Below, in pieces: positions 10,418 through 20,683 of a stretch of DNA of 64,000 nt. Below the pieces are notes generated by a model. It did not search any database, was not told where the DNA came from, and worked only from the letters and a program-made list of their open reading frames with translations. A program made the translations under genes and the position numbers. Source of the stretch: Euryarchaeota archaeon UBA256 (GTDB lineage: Archaea > Thermoplasmatota > Poseidoniia > Poseidoniales > Poseidoniaceae); the NCBI GenBank assembly GCA_002494645.1, contig DACE01000033.1:143024-207023 (forward strand), given 5' to 3'. Position 1 is the stretch's first letter, and every line of letters begins with the position of its first letter.

Positions 10418-11992
10418 TCACCCTCGCGCTTCGTCTTCTTCAACCGTTGCATCATGCCCGTTCGGTGAACGGAGAGTTCCATCTGGAACCGTACCGTCCG
10501 ATGTGTTCCATTTAGGAATATCAAAATCTACTTTTTTTGTCGAACGAATGACGAATACTAGAATGAGGACAATGACAAAGAGTAAACTAACGGCCTGTAT
10601 AGGTGAAATCAACGTGCTCACTGAGTCTTCAGATGATGTGATTACAATTTCAAATGAAATTGAATCGGTTGCTCCATCATCATCGAAAACGATCAGTTCA
10701 ACTGAATGCAAGCCTTCTCCGTCAAAATCATCAAAATTTAATTGACTCTGCCCACGAATTGAAGTTGATTCATCGATGACCCATAGGTATTCAATGGGCT
10801 CATTGTCAATGCTATAGGTGCCATCAAGCGTCCAATTGCTCCCGGGCCCGACCTCAACACGTTGGTTTCCATTTATTTGCAAACCATCTGCAACCAAAAT
10901 CACTTGAGGTTTGATGTTTTCAACAGAGAAGTTATGTTGGAGTGTGATTGAAAAACCTGCTTGATCACGTACAAAGAGTTCAACATGATAATCACCTGAA
11001 TCTGTTAGATTGAGGAGGATGGTACCGGTTGAAATCAGTTCTGAATCATTTACAGCTCGAATCGTTCCGCCATCATGGTGAATGGACCATTGATTGGTCA
11101 ACTTACTGCCTTCAAATCCATCCGATAGTTCTGCATATAATTGAAATTCTTCACTCTCTAGGACACGATCCGGTCCAGAAATACTACCTGTAGGGGGGGT
11201 GGAGTCAAAGGTGACGCTGCTGCGGACTTTGCCACTTTGACGGAGTAAATCATCTTTCATTGAAACATCAACGAACCAAATCCCATCGGGAAGAGATAAA
11301 GTCGATTGATTGAGAGTCAAGGTCACGACATAGCCTTGGGATGAATAGGGGATGGATCGCACGATCGGTTCATCAAGACAAACACCAAATGGCGCCTGGC
11401 AAAGTTCGGCCTCGAATTGAAGTTCAGTGTATTGACCTGAAGGGGTAATGAGCTGGAATTCTAATTCTACGGCATCTCCACTTACAACAGACTGGGTCTC
11501 AACGGATTCAGAAGTAGCGTAATCTCCAATTTCATCGAGGAGGATCGGTCGGTGATGGGCTTGTCCGATGAAGGCCACGAGGAATGGTTCGAATGGCACA
11601 GTATCTTCCCAATTCGTTTGTAAACTGATGAAACATGTGCAGTCAATACCTGTCACATTAATGTCTAAGGTCCATCGAAATGAGTCCTTACCCACTGGCA
11701 CCACTGAGGTGAGATATGGTCCACTGAGCAAGGTGATCGGCGTGGATGTGCTGATGTTGACCAGTGACCAAGTTGCGTTACGGAGGGGTTTATCTGAGAT
11801 TCCCGAGAGGAGGAGGGATGCTTGTGTATTCATTCCATGGGCTTGGTCAAATGCAAAACCGTTCGAATATTGGGTGGAACTTGATTCATCAGCCATTGTA
11901 GATTGAACGGGAAGACATGCCACTGCAACAACAACAACGAGCAAGAGCGTTAATTCCCTTCGCAATCCGGGGCGCTCGTTCATAGTCATCAT
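10418..11992 (-). CDS. Secreted, C-terminally membrane-anchored surface protein with Ig/PKD-like domains
   Basis: Signal sequence LTLLLVVVVAVACLPVQS. PKD-like block (IEYLWVIDEST...GLHSVELIVFDDDGATDSISFEIVI). C-terminal TM LLFVIVLILVFVI followed by a charged tail. It starts 4 nt after the upstream TSP3 gene's stop codon. Confidence 0.65.
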   Translation of the reverse strand: MMTMNERPGLRRELTLLLVVVVAVACLPVQSTMADESSSTQYSNGFAFDQAHGMNTQASLLLSGISDKPLRNATWSLVNISTSTPITLLSGPYLTSVVPVGKDSFRWTLDINVTGIDCTCFISLQTNWEDTVPFEPFLVAFIGQAHHRPILLDEIGDYATSESVETQSVVSGDAVELEFQLITPSGQYTELQFEAELCQAPFGVCLDEPIVRSIPYSSQGYVVTLTLNQSTLSLPDGIWFVDVSMKDDLLRQSGKVRSSVTFDSTPPTGSISGPDRVLESEEFQLYAELSDGFEGSKLTNQWSIHHDGGTIRAVNDSELISTGTILLNLTDSGDYHVELFVRDQAGFSITLQHNFSVENIKPQVILVADGLQINGNQRVEVGPGSNWTLDGTYSIDNEPIEYLWVIDESTSIRGQSQLNFDDFDGEGLHSVELIVFDDDGATDSISFEIVITSSEDSVSTLISPIQAVSLLFVIVLILVFVIRSTKKVDFDIPKWNTSDGTVPDGTLRSPNGHDATVEEDEARG

Positions 11993-11996
11993 CTAT

Positions 11997-14900
11997 TCAG
12001 TCACTAAAAGGGTCACACAACTCACCCTGTCCAGGGTAGGAGACAGGGTTGCGCGGGTTTGTATCCCATTTGTATTCACAATAATTGACGTGCCCATCAC
12101 CGTCTGTATCAACCATACGGTCGGCACCATCAAATGGGTCAAATTGGAAGTGATACTCCCAACCTGTTGCCATACCGTCATCGTCGTGGTCTTGATAGTA
12201 AACTTCAGGCCCGTCGTTCCAATCGTCACCATCCGTGTCATTTGTGATTGGATTGGTACCGTTTTGCATTTCCTCAAAATTGGTGTAATTTTGTAGATTA
12301 TCGTAGAATCGCTGACCGTCAGGTGTGGTTGGGTCAATATTGCATTCCGAATTTGTTGTATCGTTGTATCCCGGACAGTAACGCTTGATGAGACCAGTTC
12401 GATTGAGTCCGTCGTCATCAGGGTCTTCAAACCCGTCATCAAGGCCATCAAGGTCGCTGTCTGGCATTGAAGGGTCCATCACACCACGAGCACCATAAGC
12501 ACCAATGGTCGAGTTATCAACAAGTCCTGTCTCAAATGCTAGTTGCGAATAATACACTTCCCAACCGTCGGGAAGCATGTCTCCATCGGAATCGTCGTCA
12601 ACAGGGTTGGTGTCCCAGCGATCGGGTGCTTCAAGACCGTTAGCGAGTGTGTCGTTGTCGATGTCAAAGGTGTCATCCTTGAGCGAATCCAATGACGGGT
12701 CGAGAGCCCAACGGCCGTTGCACCCATCGCACAGATTATTTCCTGGCATGAGGAAACCTGTTAGATTCATCTCACTGACGGCAAACTTGGGTTCCAGCGC
12801 AAAGCCACCCAACCAGTTTTGCCACTCATACCCACCGGGTTGCATGGTACATGAGTTGCTTTGACTACTTGTATCACAGCCAGGACGGAGCCATGTGGAC
12901 GTGGCAACCCATAGGCTGTGGGAATTGGTATTATCTTCTGCGGATTTTACTTGCATTTCCCATCCATCAAGCATGCCATCGGAGTCGGTATCGTTCAACA
13001 GTGGATTGGTAGGGTTTTGGAACGGACGCGGTACAAAGAGTACTTCTTGTCCGTCAACCAATCCGTCGTCATCGGTATCAGAGTTATTGGCATGCGTGAG
13101 GAAATTATCTTCACCTGCAACGACTTCTTCGCCGTCTTCAAGTCCATCATTGTCGGTATCAAACATGCAAGGGCTGGTGGCATATGCTTCCCCATCCCAC
13201 ATGAAATTGTTTCCAGCCTCTTCGAGGTCGGTCAAACCATCTGAATCGGTATCAGGATTGGATGCATTAGAACCGCCGCCGTTACATACGGTAGAAAATT
13301 CAGCAAAGTCTGACAAACCATCAGAATCGGTGTCGAACAGACCTGGGTCAGACGTAACCCATGTGGGCTGCACACCTCGATTAACAACCAAGATTTCCCA
13401 GCCCATCACTTCAATGCCGTCAATAAGGCCGTCTCCGTCTGTATCGGAATTGAGTGGGTCAGTGCTACGACCGTCTAGAACACCGTCTTGGTCACGGTCA
13501 TTGGCTTGGTATTCCATCACGTTGGTGAATTGTTCTTCAGCCTCAACAATACTGACCCAACTGAAAAGACGTGAATCCACAGTGTCGCCCACAGAGACAT
13601 GGATACCGTAGACATATCCGTCCACTGGTGCGAGAAGGTTGACAATTTGTTGGTTTCCACCGCCGAGTGTAATTCGAGCTCGGGCGACCGTTTCGTTAGC
13701 CTCAACTTGTTCATCAAGAACAACATCAATTGCGTGGACGACTGCAGAATTTTCAAGTGTACTGAACATGACTTGTCCGTCATTGTCAGCATCCCATCCA
13801 TCACGGTCAGGGTCTTGGTTCCGGTTTACTGCAGAGCGAGGGTGCAGACCGTTTACTGCTTCCCATTGGTCTGGCATATCGTCTTGGTCCGTGTCTTGGA
13901 GCCACGGAGAAGTGAAGTTTCCTTCGCCAAATATTTGGGCAACCTGGTATTCTTCGAGATTGTTCATTCCATCTTCATCCCAGTCGCCATAGCCATCAGA
14001 AGCATTGGCAGGATTGAGGACCTGAGCCGCATTGGGTGCAAGTTCTTCAATTGAGTAACAATATTCGAATCCATCGGGCATACCATCGCCGTCGGTATCC
14101 CAATCCGACGGACCGTTGAGGAGGCCATCATCGTCCATGTCCATCATGAACCAGCTGCGATCAACGCCAAAGAAGGGTCCAACACGTGGTTCAGGGTCGA
14201 GGAGAGCCTCATTGCAGTTTTCACCCATTCCGGTGTAGAGCGCAATTGATTCATTGGCGATTTCAACGATGTCGTCAATGAGATCATTGTCCGAATCCCG
14301 AGCGGTTGGATTTGTACCAAAGGATTCTTCTTCAAAATTAGCGAGACCGTCATCGTCGGTGTCAAGAACCATATCACACGAATGGCGGTCATTTGAGGCG
14401 AGGTCATCCCAATCAGCCATTCCGTTTTCCCCGTTGAATCGTGTTTCAAGTGCATCTACCATTGCTTGGTCAAGCAAGAGACAATCCCAATTTCCATCGA
14501 GGGGATTGAACAAGGTTACTTCTCCACCCGGCGTTTGCACAGCCATGGTGTAGAGCGATTCCCAGCGGTCATTCAGGCCGTCGTTATCGGTATCTGCACG
14601 CTGGGGGTCAGTACCCAATTCTTGTTCAGCTTGGTTGGTCAGTCCGTCTCGGTCTGGATCACCAGTAGGCCCTTGGTTGGGGTCAGGCCATGAATCAGTT
14701 TCGTTAGCGATGGTAGCATCTTCAGTCTCCTCACTTTGTGTTGGGTCGACATTGATGTCATCAGATTCACCGTTGTCAAGTGGGTTCAACCCATGTTGTA
14801 CTTCCCAACCATCACTCATCCCATCGTTGTCAGTATCGGCATCATTGACGTCGGTACCGTATTGAGTTTCTTCGAGTTTGTCTGAAAGGCCGTCTCCGTC

Positions 14901-15098
14901 AGTGTCAATTGCTTCGCCCATAAGGTCTGCTTCACCACGCAAATCCTCTTCCACTGCGGACTCAAAACCACCGACGCTTTCGTTGGTTTGGAAGAACCCT
15001 GAAACACCCACAAAAAGAGTGCCAAAAATGAGGGTTGAAATGATTGCTACAGTTGCCATTTGATTGTGTTTGAGGCTCATAGGACATACCCTGCACAT
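11997..15098 (-). CDS. Large secreted protein built almost entirely of thrombospondin-type-3-like Ca-binding repeats
   Basis: N-terminal hydrophobic signal (MATVAIISTLIFGTLFVGVSG). Dozens of DTDGDGLSD / DTDNDGMSDGWE / NDTDSDGMLDGWE units. The start may be the internal ATG at 15080 or 15059. Confidence 0.75.
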   Translation of the reverse strand: MCRVCPMSLKHNQMATVAIISTLIFGTLFVGVSGFFQTNESVGGFESAVEEDLRGEADLMGEAIDTDGDGLSDKLEETQYGTDVNDADTDNDGMSDGWEVQHGLNPLDNGESDDINVDPTQSEETEDATIANETDSWPDPNQGPTGDPDRDGLTNQAEQELGTDPQRADTDNDGLNDRWESLYTMAVQTPGGEVTLFNPLDGNWDCLLLDQAMVDALETRFNGENGMADWDDLASNDRHSCDMVLDTDDDGLANFEEESFGTNPTARDSDNDLIDDIVEIANESIALYTGMGENCNEALLDPEPRVGPFFGVDRSWFMMDMDDDGLLNGPSDWDTDGDGMPDGFEYCYSIEELAPNAAQVLNPANASDGYGDWDEDGMNNLEEYQVAQIFGEGNFTSPWLQDTDQDDMPDQWEAVNGLHPRSAVNRNQDPDRDGWDADNDGQVMFSTLENSAVVHAIDVVLDEQVEANETVARARITLGGGNQQIVNLLAPVDGYVYGIHVSVGDTVDSRLFSWVSIVEAEEQFTNVMEYQANDRDQDGVLDGRSTDPLNSDTDGDGLIDGIEVMGWEILVVNRGVQPTWVTSDPGLFDTDSDGLSDFAEFSTVCNGGGSNASNPDTDSDGLTDLEEAGNNFMWDGEAYATSPCMFDTDNDGLEDGEEVVAGEDNFLTHANNSDTDDDGLVDGQEVLFVPRPFQNPTNPLLNDTDSDGMLDGWEMQVKSAEDNTNSHSLWVATSTWLRPGCDTSSQSNSCTMQPGGYEWQNWLGGFALEPKFAVSEMNLTGFLMPGNNLCDGCNGRWALDPSLDSLKDDTFDIDNDTLANGLEAPDRWDTNPVDDDSDGDMLPDGWEVYYSQLAFETGLVDNSTIGAYGARGVMDPSMPDSDLDGLDDGFEDPDDDGLNRTGLIKRYCPGYNDTTNSECNIDPTTPDGQRFYDNLQNYTNFEEMQNGTNPITNDTDGDDWNDGPEVYYQDHDDDGMATGWEYHFQFDPFDGADRMVDTDGDGHVNYCEYKWDTNPRNPVSYPGQGELCDPFSD

Positions 15099-15182
15099 CA
15101 GTGCAACTCAACCGAGGTGGTGATTCGGTTATGAACCTTGACCAAAGATGAGCAGAAAATTGAAACCGGTCGGCGAGAAGTG

Positions 15183-16229
15183 TTATGTTTTCACTGCATA
15201 ATCAACGGAATGGAAGTTGAGGGACATCAAGACCTTCGACGGATGAATTGTAACCGTAATGATGGGCGATTGACCATGGCCTCGCTCAAACATACCGGCA
15301 AGGATACCACATGTCAGTGCAGGGAGAGGAGAATGAACAGAAAACTCCGTGGCATCATCATCGTCCAAAAGACTGGATTTCATGCTCACATGACCCAACC
15401 CTCGTTGCGAAAGGTGAATATGGAATAATTCAGCCCAATCTGAAGAATGTTGAACAAAAACTGGAGTTTCAGAATCCTGAAAGCCCTGCTTAGCAGCGTA
15501 TGCTACCGACGCAAAGAGTTGGCATTCATTGGATGAGGTCCCCTCAACATGCCAATCCCTCAACCACGATGTTTGGCCGTAAAGCGGTCGGCCAATGAGG
15601 GCGTTGTACAACTGGTAAAACGCAGAGATATGAACGAAAAACGAACGTTGTTGGCCTCGGAAGAAACCATAACTACGAGCCTCTAACTCAAGATCAATTT
15701 CACCTTGAATCGTATCTGATTCACCATCAGCTCCCCATTGCAAATGAGGTGGTTTCTGAACCGATGCCATGGGTTCCGATTTCTGTTCGAAATCAAGGTC
15801 GACACGCTCTAGGGAGCGTTGTTGCCACCCCATGGTCCACCGTTCTTGTGTCAGGTACTCCTTGTGGGCAAGTGCCACGCCAACCGACCAAGCATCATGG
15901 CAGGGCATCATGATGTGATTGTTTTGAAGTGAAAATATCCCCCATCCCATAGAAATACAGCGGGCATTGAGACGCACCTGGATTTTTTTGCCCCCAAAGA
16001 ATCGAGGCCTACGGAACATGACATGATTGGAAAGAACTAATTCTTCTGCATCCGTTCCTGCGTAAATCAATTTCCGTCCCATAGGGGATTCAAATAACGC
16101 GTCCAAATGAGTGCATAAAAGTTCAAATTCACGAACACCGAATAATGCAATTGGAGTGTCCGTGTTGTCGAAAAAATATCCATTTCTCCCAAAGATAAAC
16201 CCTTGATGAAGTGGTAATTTTTGAGCCAT
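15183..16229 (-). CDS. Hypothetical cytoplasmic protein, possibly two V4R-like (4-vinyl-reductase-type) small-molecule-binding domains
   Basis: Long ORF in an operon-like context. Each half ends in a Cys-x4-G-type segment (MPCHDAWSVGVALAHKE; ALTCGILAGMFERGHG) reminiscent of V4R domains. This is a weak, by-eye call. Confidence 0.5.
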   Translation of the reverse strand: MAQKLPLHQGFIFGRNGYFFDNTDTPIALFGVREFELLCTHLDALFESPMGRKLIYAGTDAEELVLSNHVMFRRPRFFGGKKIQVRLNARCISMGWGIFSLQNNHIMMPCHDAWSVGVALAHKEYLTQERWTMGWQQRSLERVDLDFEQKSEPMASVQKPPHLQWGADGESDTIQGEIDLELEARSYGFFRGQQRSFFVHISAFYQLYNALIGRPLYGQTSWLRDWHVEGTSSNECQLFASVAYAAKQGFQDSETPVFVQHSSDWAELFHIHLSQRGLGHVSMKSSLLDDDDATEFSVHSPLPALTCGILAGMFERGHGQSPIITVTIHPSKVLMSLNFHSVDYAVKT

Positions 16230-16244
16230 GGAATGACACCACCA

Positions 16245-17558
16245 TCAAACAGGATATCCCGAACGTCCTTCATCATTGAAACAATAACCGATGGTTTGGC
16301 GCTGAGATTTGAGTGCATGAACATCTTTTTTGACGGATTTGGGGTCTTCTCCCTTCAGCAAAACACGCGCATATAATGACGCTACCATCTCCATATCTGA
16401 CGTTGTAAAACCAACCCGTGTGAGTTCTTGAACGCCCAAGCGCAATCCAGAAGGTGTCATGGCTTTGGTATCGCCCGGCAACATGTTCATGTTGGTGATA
16501 ATCCCTGCCTCTTCCAAAAGTTGTGCCGCTTTCGCACCAGCGCCTGAGTCTGTTTCACCATGGCGAGTCAGAACTTGATGTGAAGCTGTGTAACCACGAC
16601 TTTCGGCAAGGACATCAAAGCCTTCACCCGCAAGTGCTTGTGCAAAGGCTTGTGCATTTGCAACTGTGTCGATAGCATAATCTCGCCCAAATTCTTGAAA
16701 CTCTGTAAGTGCCATCACTTTCCCTGCAACATGATGAAGGTGATAGGATGAGCATACGCCAGGAAACATGGCATTGTTGAGGCGCTTATGCATCGATTCA
16801 TCGGTCGATGAAGAGAGAAGGAATCCACCCTGGGGCCCGGGAAATGTTTTGTGACTTGAACCCGTCATGAGGTCCGCACCTTCTCGCAGTGGATCCTGAA
16901 ATTGCCCGCCAGCAATAAGACCCAAAACGTGAGCGCCGTCATACATGACAGTAGCACCCACTTCGTGAGCAGCATCTGCCATTTCCCGAAGGGGGGTTGG
17001 GAAGAGAAAAACTGACTGCCCAAACAGTGCAACTTTCGGCTGAACTTCACGTATCACCTTGCAAGCAGCATCAATGTCGGGCTCCATTCGCTCTTCATTC
17101 CAAGGATAGGTCGTGAGATTAAGATCCCGCAATCCCACTGCTCCCATTCGGGCGTGGGAAATATGACCCCCATCGGCTGTTGAGACTGCTGTGATGCGGT
17201 CTCCTGGACGAGCGAGAGCTTTGAGTGCTCCGATGTTGCTCACCGTACCTGAAATCGATTGGATGTTGGCGAATGAACAATTAAAAACGCGTTGAGCGAG
17301 TTCAATTCCAAGTGCCTCAATGGTGTCGAAATCATCGCATCCTTGGTAGTAGCGTTTTCCAGGCAAGCCTTCTGCATAGCGCCCGTGTAAATCACTACCA
17401 ACAATGTCTCGGACAAGGGGAGAGATGATGTTTTCAGAGGCGATCATGCCGAGGCCGTTTCTATAATGCTGTCCGCTGGATTGAACTGCATTGAGAACAG
17501 TTGTAGCATGTTCACGATTCGTTGTCCCAGATGAAACTCCTAAATCTGTCTCGCTCAT
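16245..17558 (-). CDS. glyA: Serine hydroxymethyltransferase
   Basis: MIASENIISP, GLPGKRYYQGC and the PLP-lysine motif TGSSHKTFPGPQGG. Length 437 aa. Confidence 0.95.
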   Translation of the reverse strand: MSETDLGVSSGTTNREHATTVLNAVQSSGQHYRNGLGMIASENIISPLVRDIVGSDLHGRYAEGLPGKRYYQGCDDFDTIEALGIELAQRVFNCSFANIQSISGTVSNIGALKALARPGDRITAVSTADGGHISHARMGAVGLRDLNLTTYPWNEERMEPDIDAACKVIREVQPKVALFGQSVFLFPTPLREMADAAHEVGATVMYDGAHVLGLIAGGQFQDPLREGADLMTGSSHKTFPGPQGGFLLSSSTDESMHKRLNNAMFPGVCSSYHLHHVAGKVMALTEFQEFGRDYAIDTVANAQAFAQALAGEGFDVLAESRGYTASHQVLTRHGETDSGAGAKAAQLLEEAGIITNMNMLPGDTKAMTPSGLRLGVQELTRVGFTTSDMEMVASLYARVLLKGEDPKSVKKDVHALKSQRQTIGYCFNDEGRSGYPV

Positions 17559-17606
17559 GTTAGGATACTGTGCAAATCAGTCTTTGAACTGATTGACTGT
17601 GGATTC

Positions 17607-20600
17607 TCAACGGGTGCTGGGACGGGACGAGGTATTGCTAGACCGCTCGCTTCGTATTGTATTACGTGGAATGAAACGCTCTTGGTCAGCATGTTCCTCG
17701 CCCTTTGCCGCTGCATTGAGAGATTTAGGGTCCTTCTTTCGGATATAGTTGGTACGACCACGATAGGCCACTGGTCCAATAACCCGTTCGAGATGAGGAC
17801 CTTCTTCGTCATGTTCTCTTGGCCGCTTGAGCCACCACGCCTTACCGAGGGGTTGAACGCGAGGAGGGCGTGCTTTTCGAATACTGATTGCACGACGACG
17901 CAACCGAGCCTTGACCTTTTTCTCAGACTCTTTTGGGAGCCGTTCATACATCCATGCCGGCATACCGATATCCAATACCACGCCGTTGACAGTCACCAAT
18001 ATCCCTGAGAGAAGCAGATGCGTACCAATGGGAATATTTTCCATTGTTGGTTGCGCCTTAAACCGCTTCATCCTCTTTGCGTACTTGAGCATGCCACGCT
18101 GGTCACGATGTTTGATGAGCATCTCTTGCTGTTTGTTGAATCGGCGGTAACTGAAATGCAATGTCATCAGAACACCCAAGAGAGTCATCCCTTCAGTTTG
18201 TCCAACTTCTTGGTAGGTCAAAATACTGAGAACAATCCACATAGGTATCAGCACGAAGTAGGTGAAAATCACCGACAAAATACCTTGCGAAAAACGAGGT
18301 GGCATGGCGGTTCGAGCGGCTTCATGTGCAGCGATCATAACGTTCGCATTCAATGCCTCGTCAATACCACCTTTTTGTTTGAGAGCTGCATATGCATTAA
18401 CAGGAGCAGCATCCAACCATTTCTTCGCCTCTTTGTCGTTATCCAATATGAGAGATACTTCGAGGTTTTCCCGGCCCTTCTTCCCGTAACCAAAGATCAC
18501 AGCGACTGCCATTACTCGGGGGTCTTTGCTATCGCTCTTAATCAACTCATCCAGGATGCTTTTCGCATCGTGCCATTGACCAGTATCAAGTAAACACAAG
18601 GCAACAGCAATGCGCGGTCGGACACCTGTTGGATCCTTCCGAACCAATGAAATCGCCAAGTCCAATGCTTCATCGTAGCGACGTTGTGCTCGAAGAAGAG
18701 CGACCATTGATAATTGACCAATCAGAGATATCCGATCGTTTTGAACCATCATGTCGCTGGGTTGGGGTTTCCAATACCCGAGCATTCCTTGGAGCATTTG
18801 TATGTGATCAATCGCCGAATTATTTTCCCAATCCCACAAATCATCTTCGGTGACCCTCCCGTGCCATGGATCCATCCACTCACAAATGAATGAGAGAATT
18901 TCTGGTTCATCATATCCCTCTGGCTGCTGAAGTCCATGGAGGGCTTCTCGTGCAGCATCTAAGCGACGCAACGCCATGTATCCAGTAGCGATGATCATGC
19001 GAGCTTCGTCATCGTCGCCACCTGCTTGGGCGAGAAGTTTACGGCTTTCTTCAATGGCTTCTGGCCACAACCCTCGTAGTGCTTTTTCCCACATTGAGGC
19101 ACGTGACTGTTCTTGGCGAATAAGGGCTTGGTCACCCGGGAAATCATGGGTTTGAACCTTGATGAGTAAATCAATATCTTCGTTGAATGCTGCCGTTTCA
19201 ACAAGATTCTGTAGACGGTCACCACCCTGCAACTTAACAGCACCTTCCCTCCGCTCGTCAGGATTCAAATCGAATCGCAAACGAGTCAATGACGAAAACC
19301 GTGCCATTGAGAGCAACCATGTCAGCATAAAAACAGCCTGACCGACTGCAATAAACATCCACACTGTGAGAAGGCGATAGTATTCTGAGAATCCATTACT
19401 CTCAAGCCAATCAGTAAGCGGCATGAGGTCTCCAAATTCTTTGTAACATACCAGAATCAAGAGAAGTACGGTGTATCCTGAGAAGCCTGCAAAAGCAAAG
19501 GTCAATTGTCGTGCTTGTGCTGCTTTTTCAGTCCTTATCTCACGCGGAGTATCTAGGGTCACGCCGAAGAGTCCACCAAAGGTTTGTCCCCCAAGAATTA
19601 AGTTACGAGTTAATTCAAAAATAAACGCTAAACCGACGATGGCAATGTTGAGTGTAAGATAAAGTGAGAGAAATTGTGGCGCTGATTTGATGAATTCCCA
19701 ATGGAATAAAATTTCAGAGATCATATCAATTCGGATGAATATCGAATATCCAATAATACCACCGTAATTGAGTATATCTTCCCCATTGGCTGGGTTTTCA
19801 AGCATCACATACAACACGGTCAAAATACCGTTCAGCGCGGTAATTGGCATGGTGAACAGAAAGAGCACCAAAATGAAAGAAAAGAGGCGACCAATGAATC
19901 CGTTCTTCTCGGGGTCAATCGGGTTGGCACGCCCACGAGTTGTTCGCCATTTGTTGATGAGCAACATGTTCCACGAGGCACCCATGATGCGCCCATATGC
20001 AAAAATAGTTGGCGCCATGAAGGTAAGCATTGCGAATGCCAACCACGTTGGCGTCACTTCCCCTTTGAGACTGATGCCGTAGACCACTACAATGAGCGTG
20101 ATGATGACCAAGATTGCGAGGGTTGAGATGCGACGAATGACATCAGCACTCACGGATGAACGGATTTCACGGGAACGACGACCAACAAGTTGCCCATTGA
20201 GTGTTTCCCAAGGCGAAATTAGAACGGGTATGAGGATGAATGTAGCGATGATGTAGAGATTGATTTGAGAAAAGGTACCTGCGTCAAAGAGCAACTCCAT
20301 GATCAAAACCAAGACGCCAGTGAGGCCCATCATGTAGAGGAGAACCCCGTAACCAACGGTGCCTTGTTTCAATAACTTTCGAGCGTCACGCAGCGTCCGA
20401 GTGATACGATGAACCTCATACAAATCATCGTCAATCTCGAATGCAACTTGCAAATTTTTGAGTTGTTGAGGTATGAACCAGCGTCGTACAAAATACGCGA
20501 TCACTAAGGCCAAAAGAAGAGGGGTCATCAAGGCCAAAGAAAACGAACTGGACGCAGAGATGGTAGCAGCAGATGCGTTAGGAAGGGTGACAACCAAAGC

Positions 20601-20645
20601 GAGGAACCCCAAAAGGAGTGCGCCCCCACGAGACTTCGCCCCCAT
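17607..20645 (-). CDS. Large polytopic membrane protein with central helical-repeat (TPR-like) domain and basic C-terminal tail; function unknown
   Basis: Signal-like N-terminus and more than 10 hydrophobic helices in the first ~470 aa. A soluble alpha-helical repeat region of ~300 aa follows, then 2-3 more TM helices and a Lys/Arg-rich tail. Confidence 0.65.
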   Translation of the reverse strand: MGAKSRGGALLLGFLALVVTLPNASAATISASSSFSLALMTPLLLALVIAYFVRRWFIPQQLKNLQVAFEIDDDLYEVHRITRTLRDARKLLKQGTVGYGVLLYMMGLTGVLVLIMELLFDAGTFSQINLYIIATFILIPVLISPWETLNGQLVGRRSREIRSSVSADVIRRISTLAILVIITLIVVVYGISLKGEVTPTWLAFAMLTFMAPTIFAYGRIMGASWNMLLINKWRTTRGRANPIDPEKNGFIGRLFSFILVLFLFTMPITALNGILTVLYVMLENPANGEDILNYGGIIGYSIFIRIDMISEILFHWEFIKSAPQFLSLYLTLNIAIVGLAFIFELTRNLILGGQTFGGLFGVTLDTPREIRTEKAAQARQLTFAFAGFSGYTVLLLILVCYKEFGDLMPLTDWLESNGFSEYYRLLTVWMFIAVGQAVFMLTWLLSMARFSSLTRLRFDLNPDERREGAVKLQGGDRLQNLVETAAFNEDIDLLIKVQTHDFPGDQALIRQEQSRASMWEKALRGLWPEAIEESRKLLAQAGGDDDEARMIIATGYMALRRLDAAREALHGLQQPEGYDEPEILSFICEWMDPWHGRVTEDDLWDWENNSAIDHIQMLQGMLGYWKPQPSDMMVQNDRISLIGQLSMVALLRAQRRYDEALDLAISLVRKDPTGVRPRIAVALCLLDTGQWHDAKSILDELIKSDSKDPRVMAVAVIFGYGKKGRENLEVSLILDNDKEAKKWLDAAPVNAYAALKQKGGIDEALNANVMIAAHEAARTAMPPRFSQGILSVIFTYFVLIPMWIVLSILTYQEVGQTEGMTLLGVLMTLHFSYRRFNKQQEMLIKHRDQRGMLKYAKRMKRFKAQPTMENIPIGTHLLLSGILVTVNGVVLDIGMPAWMYERLPKESEKKVKARLRRRAISIRKARPPRVQPLGKAWWLKRPREHDEEGPHLERVIGPVAYRGRTNYIRKKDPKSLNAAAKGEEHADQERFIPRNTIRSERSSNTSSRPSTR

Positions 20646-20683
20646 GTTTCTTCCTCAATGCTTACGCTTCATGAATCCTCCTC

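Noticed and set aside
12577-14865. Ser/Pro-rich plus-strand ORFs (e.g. 12895-13611, 238 aa) antisense to the 1033-aa TSP3 gene
   Set aside because: These are the same artefact: antisense reading of GAC/GAT/GGN repeats gives Ser/Val/Pro-rich open frames. They have no start context or independent motifs.
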